A stretch of DNA of 63,991 nucleotides, counting the filler, from Bigelowiella natans CCMP2755 (taxonomy: Eukaryota > Protista > Cercozoa): assembly GCA_000320545.1 (NCBI GenBank). It is 6 parts of 6 records of this genome, joined end to end, with 100 filler letters (N's around TTAATTAATTAA, not from the genome) between each part and the next. Parts side by side here need not be neighbours in the genome. Positions count along the whole stretch, not along the records: positions 1 to 24,774 come from ADNK01001721.1; positions 24,875 to 32,013 come from ADNK01001128.1; 4 more parts are not named here. The stretch is one strand, 5' to 3'. A program made the position numbers and the translations under genes. Position 1 is the stretch's first letter, and each line of letters opens with the position of its first letter. Below are positions 13,861-27,195 of the stretch, in pieces. A model generated the notes under the pieces. That model ran no database searches. It was not told where the DNA came from and was given only the letters and a program-made list of their open reading frames with translations.

Positions 13861-15192
13861 ATATTTGGGCTCTGTCGTGGAGATAGTTGTAATGCTGCTT
13901 CGTCGCATTTGTGAAGCTTTGCCAGGAAACGATGCTTGTATGTATGTAAATACTTATGCATGTATACATTTGCATAGAATATGTGTGCGTGTGTGCGTGT
14001 GTGCGCGTGCGTGTAGGAGAGAGAGAGAGAAAGAGATAGATTTGAGTCAAATTCCAATCGTCATCCTTGCCATTTCCCCGTCTGATTCATTGATTTGTTT
14101 TGATATTGATAATTTTTTGTTTGCCGCTATTCACAAACCATCCCCCGTCAACCAGTGGACGATAACGCTCTTTGGCCAAGCACTTGGACCTGGAGACTGC
14201 CTCGATTATATATGGAGCTTCTTCCTGTCCCCCCACCTAAGGCAACACCACGACCAAGGCCGGAGAAGAGGGGGAGGGGGAGGGGGAGGAGGAGCAGCAG
14301 AGGGTTTGGAGGAGGAACTGGCGATTTATATCATCGCGACGGTACGTTCGCCGATATTATTCAAGGAATCATTGACAGATCCCATCACTATCATCGCCTT
14401 GCTACTCGGTGAGGGGTGCGAGGGGTTTCATCGCTATTTTCGTTGGTTGGCCTGTGCTCAATGGTGATTCGTGCATTTCTAGGCCTTGCTGCGCGTTCTT
14501 GTGAGGAAACACATCGAAGCGAAGGTAGTGGGGGCACCGAATTTAGAGAGAGAGAGAGAAGAAAAGAGAGAGAGAGAGAGCAAACCGTAGCAAAGGCTGA
14601 TGAAGATATCACATATGCAAAACTAAAAGCGGTGATGATGTGTAATAATGGAGAATTTCAGCTGATTATTATTCCAACTTTCGCCCCCCCCCCCCCCCCC
14701 CCTCCCCACAACCCGCAGGACTACGATATGTGCCTGAACACGTTGTTGTCCCAGTCGCGGCATAGCGTGGAGCTGAAAGACCTTCAAAACTCGGTGACGA
14801 AGGTGCTCTCAATATCTTTAACATTCTGTTCGTTGCTACTACTGCTATTATTCCATTTGTTCATATCGCCGCCCTCCGCTCCCCGCCCCCCCCCCCTCCT
14901 TCACACGACATTAGTTTTTTACAAATTTTGCGGTCATCCTTCGATCCACCCACATAACATAAATCAGGTTCACCAATCGTTCGTCATCGAGCGTCCCTTC
15001 GGCCGGCAGTTCACGGAAAAGCTGCGGAATCTGCACCGCCTCGATGCAGAGGAGGAGAGGTCAAAGATGAGGCTCAGCCGGGAGAGAAAAGGGGGAGGGG
15101 ACGAGGGTGAGAGCAAGGAAACGTTTTCGGATTTCGACTCGGACTACAACGCCGAGGACGATATAAAGACTGCAGGCGGAAGATACGGATGA
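7542..15192 (+). CDS. TBC-domain Rab GTPase-activating protein with long low-complexity insert (start codon uncertain: 7488/7542/7581)
   Basis: Arg finger IDLDMHRTF (11781-), Gln finger [18 protein letters not shown] (12320-, 12658-), [21 protein letters not shown]...[18 protein letters not shown]; large His/Gln/Ser-rich exons ~9290-10636 and ~10890-11470; stop TGA 15190-15192. Confidence 0.85.
12347..12441. repeat. Intronic (GAT)n microsatellite with periodic GGT interruptions, starting at a splice donor
   Basis: CAAG|gtgatgatgat...ggtgatgatgat; representative of dozens of intronic (TA)n, (GA)n, (CA)n, (GTA)n, (GAT)n tracts. Confidence 0.95.
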
Positions 15193-15299
15193 TCGCTGCT
15201 GTGGAGTATATTATCTTGCACTACACATATGAGTAAGAAATTACACATATAAACTATGTATGTTAGATCTGAGAAGTGCCTTCCGATCGAATAAAGAAT

Positions 15300-16260
15300 T
15301 TTAGTAGCGTGCATAGTGCTAGAGAATGCACTGCATCGCCTAGCCGTATATTATATACATACATGATGTACCTGGGCTTTGAAGAAAAATGAGGTTTCTA
15401 GCTTGTTTGAAAATGCCATAATCGTATATACATTGCATGTGTACGCTGTGGCATCGGTATCGCGTACCATGATAATTGAACATTGTTCGCATCAGCAATA
15501 TGTTCAATGCCAATCATCATCATTCCACAACTTCCCAGCTAGCCAGGTTGCACCATTGCTGTATTTCTAGCAGCTACATAGATGTCTGTTATCTAGTCAT
15601 GCTCGCAATCTACGGCGTGCGCCAATCTAGCTAGCTAGTGGCGGGGCATGCTACTCTAGTACTAGCTAGCACACTCATTCAGCATATGGCAAAGAATACG
15701 TACGCACATCCGCCATCTAGCTAGACATGGACAGTCTCTTGATCTAGAAGCATTACTAGATCGTCGAATAGAGCAGCAGCTAGTAATAGCATGCAAATGT
15801 AGTCTGGTATCGTAGCTACGCTAGTACTTGCTAGCTTGCTAGAGTAGCATGCTAGCATGGCTAGGTAGCTAGCTGGTGCATGCTGGCATGCCTGCATGTA
15901 GCCCATGCATGCTAGCTTGCAATCTAAGCAATGCTGGCAGTGATGAAATGCATGCATGGATATCTAGCATCTAGACATGGACACCTAGCTTGCACGTCGA
16001 ACATGAACCTGATTGACTACTAGCACACAGATTGTGATACATGGCGGACCATTGCTAGCATTGGTCGCGGCACTGAATATGTAGATATATCGACGATGAC
16101 ACAGCTACTAGATGTTGTGTTGTTTTGATCCGTGCATCCCCACGCACTCTAGCACTGCTAGACTAGACGTCTCGCCTGTCAGTATGGAAATTCCTCAAAG
16201 TCGCTCCATGTGGTGACAGAAGCCGCCGTCTAGCTGTAGAGCGACGAACGCGGCCATACA
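15300..16260. other. Palindrome-rich intergenic block C (convergent TBC/GST spacer)
   Basis: e.g. 15820-15930 gctagtacttgctagcttgctagagtagcatgctagcatggctaggtagctagctgg. Confidence 0.9.
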
Positions 16261-16350
16261 AGCTACTCCAGACGGCCTATTTTACCGTGACAACACCTTG
16301 TTAACATTGTCGCAGTACTCGACCGCAACCTGAGAGAAGGCAATCTAAAA

Positions 16351-16681
16351 TCAGCTTGACAACATTCCCAATTGTCTCAAAACGGTGTTGATTTGCACGG
16401 CAGAGGGAAGATCATATCGGCGACTTCTCTTTGTCTCCGAATACTCGACGGAGATGAAAGCGGCAAGATTTCTTCTACGGAAGGAATTAACGACTGCAAA
16501 CATGCAGAGCGTTGTTGCTATTCGTATGTTATCCGCAGCCCTGCAGCAGCAGCCATAACTATTCTCTCCAAAATACCTTCTCTCTTGGGAAAGGAAAGTA
16601 CAGGTCAGACTTGAGATACTCCGCAACACTGGGCAGTTGAATCACATGGTCGCGGACTCCTTTCAAACCAGGATATCTACC

Positions 16682-16752
<71 letters not shown>

Positions 16753-18770
16753 TTATATATACATATTACATATAATCAGGAGGAGGAGACGAACAGGCGC
16801 TGAGGAAATAAACACGAAACACAAAGCAAGAGCCAACGAAAAGCAGCAGACTTATCTCCCTATATCTCACTTATCAAGACAGCCTGGGAGCCCTTCATCG
16901 TACGCGTGAGCCAGCGCCGCCACCAACACATCCGCATAGGTCAAACTAGACCCTACGATGAACTTTATTATCGGGGCAAGGGGGGGGGAGGGGGGGGTGA
17001 GATCATTGTTGTATTTTATCGCGATTTCGGAGGCTAAATCGACGTGGGGGTGCCAAAGGAAAGTAACAAGCCCCCACCTTGCTGTTCTCGTTCATCTTAA
17101 TCACCTTTTCCAATCTGATATGCATAGATCGGAACGTGAATCGTCGTTTTATGTTCGGTCACGCGTGCAGTGAGCGGGGCTAATCTAACGCAAGCGCGAC
17201 GCAAATTTTTCCTGATGGATCTATCCCCAAAACACCGGCTTACTCTGTAGAGCCCCGCAAACAGGGTAAATTCCGTTTGAAGGAAATCAATCGCGAGGAG
17301 TATAATGTGCTTTTACAACGGGGATTGCTTCTTACTCTTACTCATTTACGCTTTAGATCTAGCAGATTCGAGCATCTATTTGTGCTCTGTCGCACTACAA
17401 CTTCTACTACTACTTTGGGAATGCTTTGTTGATGAATGTTAGAAGGTCCTTTTCGCCTAATGCACACACGCGCACACACAAAAGACACACACACACACAA
17501 ACGCACACACCGAACATTAAGAACATCGCTATCTCGCTTACCGATCGAAGAGCATATACCTTGTTCCTTCGCCTCTTTGTTTTTACCCTCCTTGAATAGG
17601 GACAACCTTGAAGAAAGAATTCACGCATACACGCCAAATCACGTAGATCCCCAGAAGAGGAAGCTGCTAAACAATGGCCTTCATGCGACAGAGACCACTC
17701 ATCAGTCGTGGGTTGCAGAAGGCGGCGCTGCGATTTTTAATGTTTCCCTCCTTCTTTTGATTGAATGCTGGCACGAATTTCGGATGTTCAGTTTTACAAC
17801 AAACTTACAGTCTAAATGGATATCCCATGACTCCCCCAACAGAGTCGTTCACGGTGTCAGCCACCATGTCGCACATAGCTGAATATATTCAAAATCTCAT
17901 GCCATTTAGGAATACGTTCGTTCTCCACACTATCCCTTGTCCTTCCCTCCCCCATTCTAAATCTCATGCCATTTAGGAATACGTTCGTTCTCCACACTAT
18001 CCCTTGTCCTTCCCTCCCCCATTCTCCCTTTCTTGCACCGAGCCTCACGGTGTTATGCATGCCGCTGGGCGGCGTCTCACCTTGTTCTTTCATTGTTTTG
18101 CCGTAGATCTTTCCTCTTCTGGCCAGATAGCGGTTAATCGACTATCCAGCATTATCCAAACAGTTCGTTTCAGAATCTCGAAACTACTTCAAAATGTAAA
18201 GCGGGAGCTCAACCCACTCCTTCTGCTCTCCCAGCAGCAGAAGAAAAATTCAAAATTGAAAAGAGCATCGGCGGTGGTCACACATACCTGGCTTTGCACG
18301 AGCTTCAGGCCGTCGATCTCCAGCAATGGCAGCTGGCCGAACAGCAGTAAGCCATCACCTACAAGCAATTCAAATATGAACGATGATAACAACTTATACT
18401 CGATGTTGTTGCCACCAGAGATAACTGCACGTGGCTTGCACGAGGGAGTTCGGTTTACCTTTCATTTTCTCAAATTGCTCCGGCTCATCTAGACAGACGT
18501 TCTTGAACGAAACACCTAAGACCCCAAGAACTCATTATGCTGCCTCAGCGGCGAATACATAGTCTTTCCGTAGCTTCAAGCTCGAGCTATTCCAACCAAC
18601 ATTGAACCGAACCTGTGGCGGCCATGAGCCATCTCGCTTGCTCGGCCCTCCCCCTGACATCAAAATAATCAGCATTTCAGGACAAAAGAACATCCACGAT
18701 ACCCTAGCCGCACCAACCGTCCGTGGAAGTAGGTCAGGGTAGCTCCTTTGGTCTTAGTTTCTTCAGCCAT
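16351..18770 (-). CDS. GST: Cytosolic glutathione S-transferase (alpha/sigma-like)
   Basis: MAEETKTKGATLTYFHGR / GRAEQARWLMAA / LLFGQLPLLEIDGLKLVQSQ / CDMVADTVND / EKDLLTFINKAFPK-LEKVIK / FIVGSSLTYADVLVA / YPGLKGVRDHVIQLPSVAEYLKS; final exon and stop approximate. Confidence 0.9.
17892..18025. repeat. Exact 67-bp tandem duplication in a GST intron
   Basis: aaatctcatgccatttaggaatacgttcgttctccacactatcccttgtccttccctcccccattct x2 (17892, 17959). Confidence 0.95.
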
Positions 18771-19098
18771 GGTAGGTCACAAAAGCGTGTGCGTGCGAGT
18801 AATGATATCTGCCTGTCGGAGGGTAGATGAAATGTGGAAAGTATGAAAATACAACAATCGCAATTTTATCACATACGACTTGGAAAAAGGACAGAATCAT
18901 CCGAAAACACAATGTATTTATCTACTCGAAAGGAGTAATCTTCGAAAGTCTATGACATAAAAAAAAAACGAGGAGATTTTCCCCGTGCGTCATTTGAAAC
19001 CAAAAAACGATGAATGCATGGTATTTTCCTCGTGCGTCATTGACGAACTTGCGATATAATTTTAATTCGGCTCCCTCCCCACTCTTAAACGACCCACG

Positions 19099-19420
19099 AT
19101 GATTGCTCTCCGCTTCAGCACCCATCGCCTCCTCAATCTCCCCCGATCTTCCACAAGGGTTGGATTTCACCGCATTATGCGGGGAGCAGCGATGCCTGGT
19201 GGGGTCGCTAATATTTGATATCTAATATCACCAAATAAGTTTCGTCCTCGTTACTCATTCATGCAGTTCTGCGGGTGGGGGGATTCACGAAGATGGCAAA
19301 GCTCGGGGGATCTATTGCAACAATTGGAGGCTTTATAGCGCTCAGAGGTGGGCCTCTTGCTGTTCCCCTCTGGAATTTTTAGTGCGAACGAACCGCGACA
19401 TGTATTTTCCCTAACATATA

Positions 19421-19457
<37 letters not shown>

Positions 19458-20070
19458 GATGCATGATGTGTAGGTGTAGATGCATAGATATATAAACACA
19501 CGCACGTACACATACGTACATATGCACGCAAGTATTTCAATCTTTGAATGAAATCGAACAAATGCTGTCTTCTGGTAGGATTGTCCGGGAATCTGAACAC
19601 TGCCCATGCAGAGGCCGCAACAGGTAAATCCACACCACCGTCGCCTTTCTACTTGTGATCAAAGCTCAGCTGTATGAATCGTAGACTTACTACGCGTTGA
19701 GTAGCACTCATTTCATCTTGTTTGAATGGCAGTCGCTCAAGCAAAAGCAAAGACGGTTGTCGTCAAACCGCAAATAAGCAAGCCCATAGACGAATACGTA
19801 AGTTCTTCAGATTCATCACACCTTGCCTATTGATGATATTCTCGCTGTTTCGCAAAATTTTGCCAGGAAAAACCCGGGATGTTAAGGCGTATAGGGTCTG
19901 CTGTGGCCGACGTGATAGTAATCATGGGTTTCAAGGTAGTTGTTGATTGCGGCCAAATTTGAACGAACTACAAAATAAACGACTTTTCCTCGCAATTTTC
20001 CATTGGAATCGGCATCAACTCCTCGGTTTTGCGCTCGTTTATAAGACCAAAAGCCATTTACTCGCTTACG

Positions 20071-20117
<47 letters not shown>

Positions 20118-20493
20118 CGCCGATTCTCTGCTCCCTCATCTTCATGATGAACAAACAGATTTTCACTCTACTCAAAGTTCCTAGCTGGGCATGCGATCTA
20201 GCGGGGCTTGCGTATTTCCAAATCGCCTATTGCTTGTATGGGCAGGTTCGATGAAGAAACGCACCTTATGCATTCATGATCCCCCCCCCCTTCGCGTCAA
20301 GGCCACTGTGTATGACGACATGGTTTTGCAACCTGCCGCGTTTTTCTTTCTTCTCGGTCGGCGGTTTTATCACCACCATACTCTCATTCTATGCGCATTC
20401 TATTCTCGCCAGACTTTTGGCCAATTCCTCACCGATCAGAAGATACTCAGACGCGACGGTAAAGCAGCATATGCATATAATATATCTATACAA

Positions 20494-20528
<35 letters not shown>

Positions 20529-21356
20529 CATACATCGCGGCCATGCCCTCTTGTGTTTGTGTGTGGGACGCGAAGTCGGCGTTACAGTCGGCCAGCAAAG
20601 GATCATGAGGGGGTGCGCGCCGGAAGGATGCATTTCCGACCGTTGGCTTACATAAATCTAGCCTGTAGTGCGAACGCCGTCAGCACGCTACACCCTCGCA
20701 TTGAATAAACTCCGATAAACGATATGAATAGGCACCCTGCTGAGCGTCGGCCAGGCATTTGGTAATTTATCACGTCGCGGTCCTCTGAGCGCTCTAATGC
20801 GCAATGATATCAGCAGCATAGCGTTGCGGTCTCTCACTTTTAATTTTTGGTTCGCAGGAAGGGGCTGCCTCAGCTTTGTTCTTTTCGGCGTCGAGGTGGG
20901 ATATATGGGGTTTGGGAGACAGCAATGATGGCAGCCATGATGCTGATAATGATGCTGGTGGTGGTGGTGGTGGTGGTCACGACGAATACGACAACGGAAT
21001 TCGGCAATACATATGACATAGCCGACCAAATGCTAGCGATCGATTTTTGCCTAACACCATGGTGTTGCGGGCCTAAACAGGCACATTTTCATCGGTGTTA
21101 TTTCGACTGATGTAGACATTGTAAGGAGAGGGAGGGGAGGGGGCGGGTGGGGTCTTGGCTTCAATTCCCCGCGCTGCAGTTCGCCTATTAGTTCTACAAT
21201 CTCACTCGTTTACCTTACCCCCCCCTTCCCCTCTCCCCTCCTGGAAACAATTTCTTTTGGTAAAAGATGGTGTACTGGCCATTTGGCGACGGAGATTTGC
21301 TAACTGATAAGATCATGGGCACCACCATCATTATTGTGGACGACGGTGATCAGTGA
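19099..21356 (+). CDS. RDD-family membrane protein with N-terminal mitochondrial-type presequence
   Basis: MIALRFSTHRLLNLPRSSTRVGFHRIMRG (Arg/Ser-rich, acid-free); later exons TFGQFLTDQKILRRD / TLLSVGQAF-GRGCLSFVLFGVE / MVYWPFGDGDLLTDKIMGTTII...* resemble the RDD pattern (T.G......++..DG, .G.A..R, L.D.+.GT.V). Middle exons uncertain. Confidence 0.6.
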
Positions 21357-21579
21357 GAGAGAGAGGGGGGGAGGAGGAAAGGGGGGGGGCAGAAAAGGCA
21401 TTTTGGCGACTGAATGACAACACCCGCTGCTACTGCCAAACTGCCGCGGCTGCTAGCGAGAGAACGGGCAATAAAAAGGCTCCTTTCGGACTGGTCATGT
21501 CGCTTGGTTATATCCGCAAGCTTATTCAAAAATTAACCCGGAATTCAAAAGTGATTTCGCTGTTGCTGATGCCTAACAA

Positions 21580-22640
21580 CTAGGCCAGAGCTAGCAGATA
21601 GCGTGCAAGTGGTGATTTCCCATTTGCTGTCGAATTCAAAATCATGTGATAAACACAATGATACCATATATATAGGATATATATGATATTAAGTTGTCTT
21701 TTATAATGGCGGAGGCGAATGCAACTGTTTATGTTATTTATTGCATGTGTCATTGCTAAAGATGTGCGTGGGTTAGACATCTGGGGATTTTCATTACACA
21801 TGTTACATGTGCAGATATGTTTTCGTGTAGAGCGTGCATACACGCTAGCACGTACATGCATGTGCAAAGAGAGATGTATAGCAATGCAATCTGTACCACC
21901 ACAACGTGCAGGTTTATGGCGGTGCACATGTGTGCATGCATATGAGCGATTGCCACGTACATGCGCCTTTGCTGTGTCTATTTTCTTTCTTGCACTTCAC
22001 AAACTCATGGAGCCACAAGCAAATGTGCAACATGCTAGCATGCATCAGTGCGACAAGCACTGGGACTACGCTAGACTAGAGCATTTTTGGGGGTGCGTTC
22101 ATGTATACGTACTATACATGCGACACATTCAGACATGATCTAGATGATTCACGCGCACATGCGCTGCACACTGCAATGCATTTGCATGTGCTCTCCGATG
22201 CAATGGCGTTAGTTGAGCTAGCGAAGCCTTAAGTAACGTGCATGTAATCGTGCATTCCCATGTCATTGCATGTGTCATTGCATTGCGTTGCACTAGGTCC
22301 AACCTAGAGCCGGATGATGTAGCTACTCATTGCTAGCACGGGAAATTCACAACACATTTACATGGCGGTGATCAAAGTGTTCGCGCGCGAGCGAGCGCCT
22401 GTGCCTCGCTAGCTCGCTGGTCTGGCGTACATTACTCTTTTGAAGCGCATCCTTGCAACAATGTGAGTGAACGATTGGATGTTTGGTGTGTATGCGAGGC
22501 CTATATATAAACTACCAAGATGCAATCAATAGGATGTACTTGGCCTGTCGTTGGTGCGGCGGCGCCACAAATAGTGATAAGAGATATACACGTACGCGAG
22601 CGACGTGAGTAGTATATACACCAGCCTTTGCATGCTTTGC
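21580..22640. other. Palindrome-rich intergenic block D
   Basis: catgctagcatg at 22031; dense tgca/catg/cacatg/gctagc; follows RDD 3' end. Confidence 0.8.
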
Positions 22641-22963
22641 CTCTACGTTTTGTCGCATTAATTTACTTTATGATCTTCATTACATCAATCTAAAGTCCCT
22701 CAACTCGATATGACAATTCGCCTTCTTCTATTCAGCTCATCGACTAATATCCGAACTAAGAACACTTTTCCCATCAGAGGACGCTGTACTTTGTTCTGGT
22801 CACAGAATATCTTGACACCACGAGGAAGCTAATTGTCAGCAATGCGCTGGCAGGGGGGGGGGGGCATCATTGAAGAGGAAAGAAGGAAAGATTACTTTTC
22901 AGTTCTGAAGAGTAAAATGAACAATATCCTGGACTAATTGCGTATACAACGACAACAACTAGT

Positions 22964-22996
<33 letters not shown>

Positions 22997-23568
22997 CCTA
23001 CTACAACTACTACTACCTGATGAGGAAGATAAGATCGTTCCAGTGGTAATAAAAATGAAACTCCTGCAGAAAGAGAAGGATACGGAGTTGACCCACCATC
23101 AGCATGTGATAAATAACATGTCCCGAATTCGAAAGCAGAAATGCCGCTGTAAAGGCGTACATAAAGAAACACTATGCTCCAAGGTAATAACTGGAGACGA
23201 AAACCAGCGATATACGTCTATCTATCATCGCATCGTCATCATTTAGCTTGAGGGCTGCGCGCGGCAAATCATCCTTCCTCTTGTAAGGCTATCACTAGTG
23301 CGACTCCTCACCAGATCTCCCAACACGTCGGTTATGATCCGACGATATTTCGCCTAAGAGGGAAAGAAAGGATTGCGGAGAATCATTATCAAAAGCCAGA
23401 AATTGTCAGAGAGGGGAGGAAAGAAGCATCTCTCCATTTCGTGATCGCGACCGTGCTTACAACGATCTGGACTCGTCATCACCAACGACGATTTGTTCTC
23501 TGTTTTCGTTTGGGTTTTATATCGATGATGACCTCCAGACGTGCATACACACACACACACACACACAC

Positions 23569-23612
<44 letters not shown>

Positions 23613-23756
23613 AGAGAGGGAGAAACACACACGCAAGCGCACTGAAACGGGTTATTGCAAATATGCGTATGTGCAACCGCAGTTCATCACCGGAAGATTC
23701 ATTCGGATAAGGGAGCACAGAAAGAGACGAAGTACCTGGAAGAAGAAGGAGAAGAA

Positions 23757-23787
<31 letters not shown>

Positions 23788-23874
23788 GGAGGAGGAGGAG
23801 GAGGAGGAGAACATCAGTATGTACATTAGCAACTTGGCACTCAAGCATACTGTTTGTACTCTTCTCTCTCTCTC

Positions 23875-23915
<41 letters not shown>

Positions 23916-23916
23916 C

Positions 23917-23953
<37 letters not shown>

Positions 23954-24018
23954 ACACGCAGATACACAAATACACACACACACACACACACACGCGCGCG
24001 CGCGCAAATACACAAATA

Positions 24019-24735
24019 CACCACGTCACACGCGCAAAACTAGCACCGCGCCCCACTCTATTCCTATTCACGGATAAAACACAAGCAGTACATTCCCATG
24101 ATCTCGGAACTAAGAGCGATGATGAAGCTTGACGTGTGCACGGAGCTCCACGAGTGAAATAACCGCACCTAAACGACGATTTGGTGTCGCAGTAATATCC
24201 TACAGATTAGCACACCTTCACATGCTCGGTCCGCACACACGCACACACACACACACACTGCCATTGTTGCATTATCATCCTTATTGTTATATATTGCTCG
24301 CATTTACGGAATCAAATGAAACTACTTCCGAAATGATTAAAAAGCACAAAATGACCTGATTTTTGGTACTAACTGCATCCATGAACAAAGCTTTGGCCAC
24401 CAAAGCAGGACTCCTTATTGCGCAGATAGCCAATTCCTTCACCGCCCCATCACCCCCGGGCGCATCTTCATTAATTGCATGAGCATTATCATAATGAATA
24501 TGTGTATAAGCATTGGAACGGATTGTGCATAGCTTGGTGTCGCCGATGTGATGATATATTTGCGACACTTCTCAAGTTTTTCGTGCGGGTATCTTGCGCG
24601 GGGGGCTGACGTGACCATGTAGAACTTCATAATATCTCTCTGTTGTTCATAGCATCGTGCATATACGCTTGTGTTTTATCTGTGTATATGAATAGAGTGG
24701 GGCGCGGGGCCTAGTTTTGCGCGTGTGTCGTGGTG
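24019..24735. mobile_element. Non-autonomous TIR DNA transposon (MITE), Tc1/mariner-like TA target duplication
   Basis: Left TA|CACCACGTCACACGCGCAAAACTAGCACCGCGCCCCACTCTATTCCTATTCACGGATAAAACACAAGC; right end reverse-complemented TA|CACCACGACACACGCGCAAAACTAGGCCCCGCGCCCCACTCTATTCATATACACAGATAAAACACAAGC; weaker inverted similarity extends to ~190 bp; no transposase ORF. Confidence 0.85.
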
Positions 24736-24774
24736 TAATCAAGCTTATGGATACCACCCACCAACACCATTGTC

Positions 24775-24874
24775 NNNNNNNNNNNNNNNNNNNNNNNNNN
24801 NNNNNNNNNNNNNNNNNNTTAATTAATTAANNNNNNNNNNNNNNNNNNNNNNNNNNNNNNNNNNNNNNNNNNNN
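24775..24874. other. Assembly gap with TTAATTAATTAA linker
   Basis: 44 N + linker + 44 N. Confidence 0.99.
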
Positions 24875-24888
24875 CCCTTTCCTATCAG

Positions 24889-25150
24889 GTTGTCCTTCGC
24901 AACAGCCGCTACCGACAATTGCCTCATCCTTCAGTCTCTCATCGGAATGAATAATAAGTATAAGCCAAAGACACTACCACCATTGTTGTCATCAACTCCT
25001 TTGATTTCGGATCGGCCGATAACAAAATGGGCCTCAGTTTAAATCATACACGCAAACCACACCACACCATACAACTTACCAATAATGTGCACATGTATAT
25101 AAATTTTGAATAATACTTACAATTATTTGCATAATGTATTTGCACTGTGT

Positions 25151-25185
<35 letters not shown>

Positions 25186-26023
25186 TAAATTCTTCCTAGA
25201 TGGGCGCACTTCATGGTGACTTACGATGGCTCAACCACGAAATCGTACGTTAACGGAGTGGAAAAGAACTTTGTCTATTCTTCCGGGTTCTGTGGCCAAA
25301 ATACGGGATGTCTGGTGGGTGAAATAATGACTACGGCACATGCACGCCCATACTAAATATGAAAACGATAATAAGCTCACAAATAATGTGCGTTTTCCCA
25401 AATGGTTTATTATCATTATTTTCATTATTATAACCATCATTATCATTCTTCGATGATGATTGGAGTCAAAACACCATCTTTCGACTGACACTGATGAAGA
25501 CAAGTCGGTCCCAACATTCTGAGAATAATGATAATGATAATGATAATAATGTCAACAACCAAATAACTGGCCAAGGAGTAGAAACCTGTACAGCGGATAA
25601 TGACCCTATCGTAGATCACCTCCATCCTCACCATGTGCTATTGTGCGCCATAAAATCTACAAAATTAGGTTATCGGCCAAGAACAAGACAGTCTATGTGG
25701 CGGCTTCTCTGCCGTTCAAGCAGCATCCTTCCGTCTCGATTCTCTGCGTATTCACAAATTCCTCGCAACTGGGCCTGCGATTGCGTCCATGCTCAACTAC
25801 GACTGCATTGGCGCATTCGAATGGCACAGTAACTGGGCGTTTACGTCACTACGTCTCGATGAAGCGTCTCGAAATCATAAGCCGTACCAGTGCGATGCAC
25901 AGTTCAACAAGGTGGGGGGCAGCTGCTCTATTCACGCCCCCGACCGCGCCTGGTGAGATGAGCACTTTTGTGAGTAGGAGTGGGATGCAGTAATATTGTA
26001 ATTTTCTCTCCCTCTCCCTCTCC

Positions 26024-26075
<52 letters not shown>

Positions 26076-26501
26076 CTCTCTCTTTCTCTTCTCATTGTGA
26101 AAGTGTGAGGGGAGGAGAGAGCGATGATCCTTCTGACTTTTTTCATGTTTCTTCTTCCGCATCTTCTTGCGAATTCGTTTGTTCCGGGGAATGGGGGATG
26201 GGGCTGTCCGCGCTGCGTGGTCTTCTTCATCTTCATGCCTCATCACCACTATTTTTTCCCATCATCATCATCACCATCATCATCGTGATCATTGCCATCC
26301 TTCCCCAGGTGCCTGGAAGAGTCGACCCAGGTGAAGGTGGAGGACTACCCACGCAATGGAACGTGGGTGGACTATGGAACCTACATGGAAAACAGAGTTG
26401 CGGGTACTACTTGTTGTTGTCGTAGTTGCTGTCGTTGTTGTGCGCTACTACATCATAGTAATATTATACAGAACACACGTAAAACTGCACACACACATAT
26501 G

Positions 26502-26539
<38 letters not shown>

Positions 26540-27149
26540 GCGAGTGTGTGTGTGTGTAATTTACATATAACAAAGTATTGAATTTCCTCCTGAAAACTCT
26601 GCTGAGATGAAAGCTCAAAGCGTTGTGTCATTGACGTTTTCGCCGAGTGTCCTCAATCTCATTCTCATTTTCATTCTAATTCTAATTCTTATTGGCATCA
26701 AACCGCCGTAACCCCCCCCTCCCCACCCCTCCTACTACCACTACTACTACTACTATACAGGACTGCGAAACAGCTACATTCATATCCCTGTTAAATGCAC
26801 AGCCCAAACCAATCTCCAGCTCCAAGGGTCAGTAGATGAATAAACGATGACGAGGGTTGCGAAGATGGGGAGACAAGGAAAAAAAACGGGGGGAGCGGAG
26901 GGGGAAGGGGGGAGACGTAGGGGAAGGAAATGGGTAATGAAGAACGGAAATGTTGCTTGATTCAATCCGCCGTGATTCTTCCTCGCTGGAGTATTCGTTA
27001 AAAATCAAAAGTTTGAAGTAGTTTTTTTGCCGTGAACGTATTGCGTTGTTGCTTAGGCTTGTCTTGTCCCCCAATAGTGGCACCGACTCTTTCTTTGTGC
27101 GAGGGGGGTACCTTAACAAATGTTACTGCTACTATGAAAAGAACATATA

Positions 27150-27195
<46 letters not shown>

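Noticed and set aside
17350-17395. Apparent in-frame TAG in a GST exon, suggesting stop-codon reassignment
   Set aside because: A canonical exon just upstream (GEKDLLTFINKAFPK) joins in phase; the segment is intronic, and the HDAC exons I translated show no in-frame stops.
22842-23760. Possible 5' exons of the pentraxin/SPRY gene
   Set aside because: Could not build a consistent in-phase exon chain or recognise any motif.
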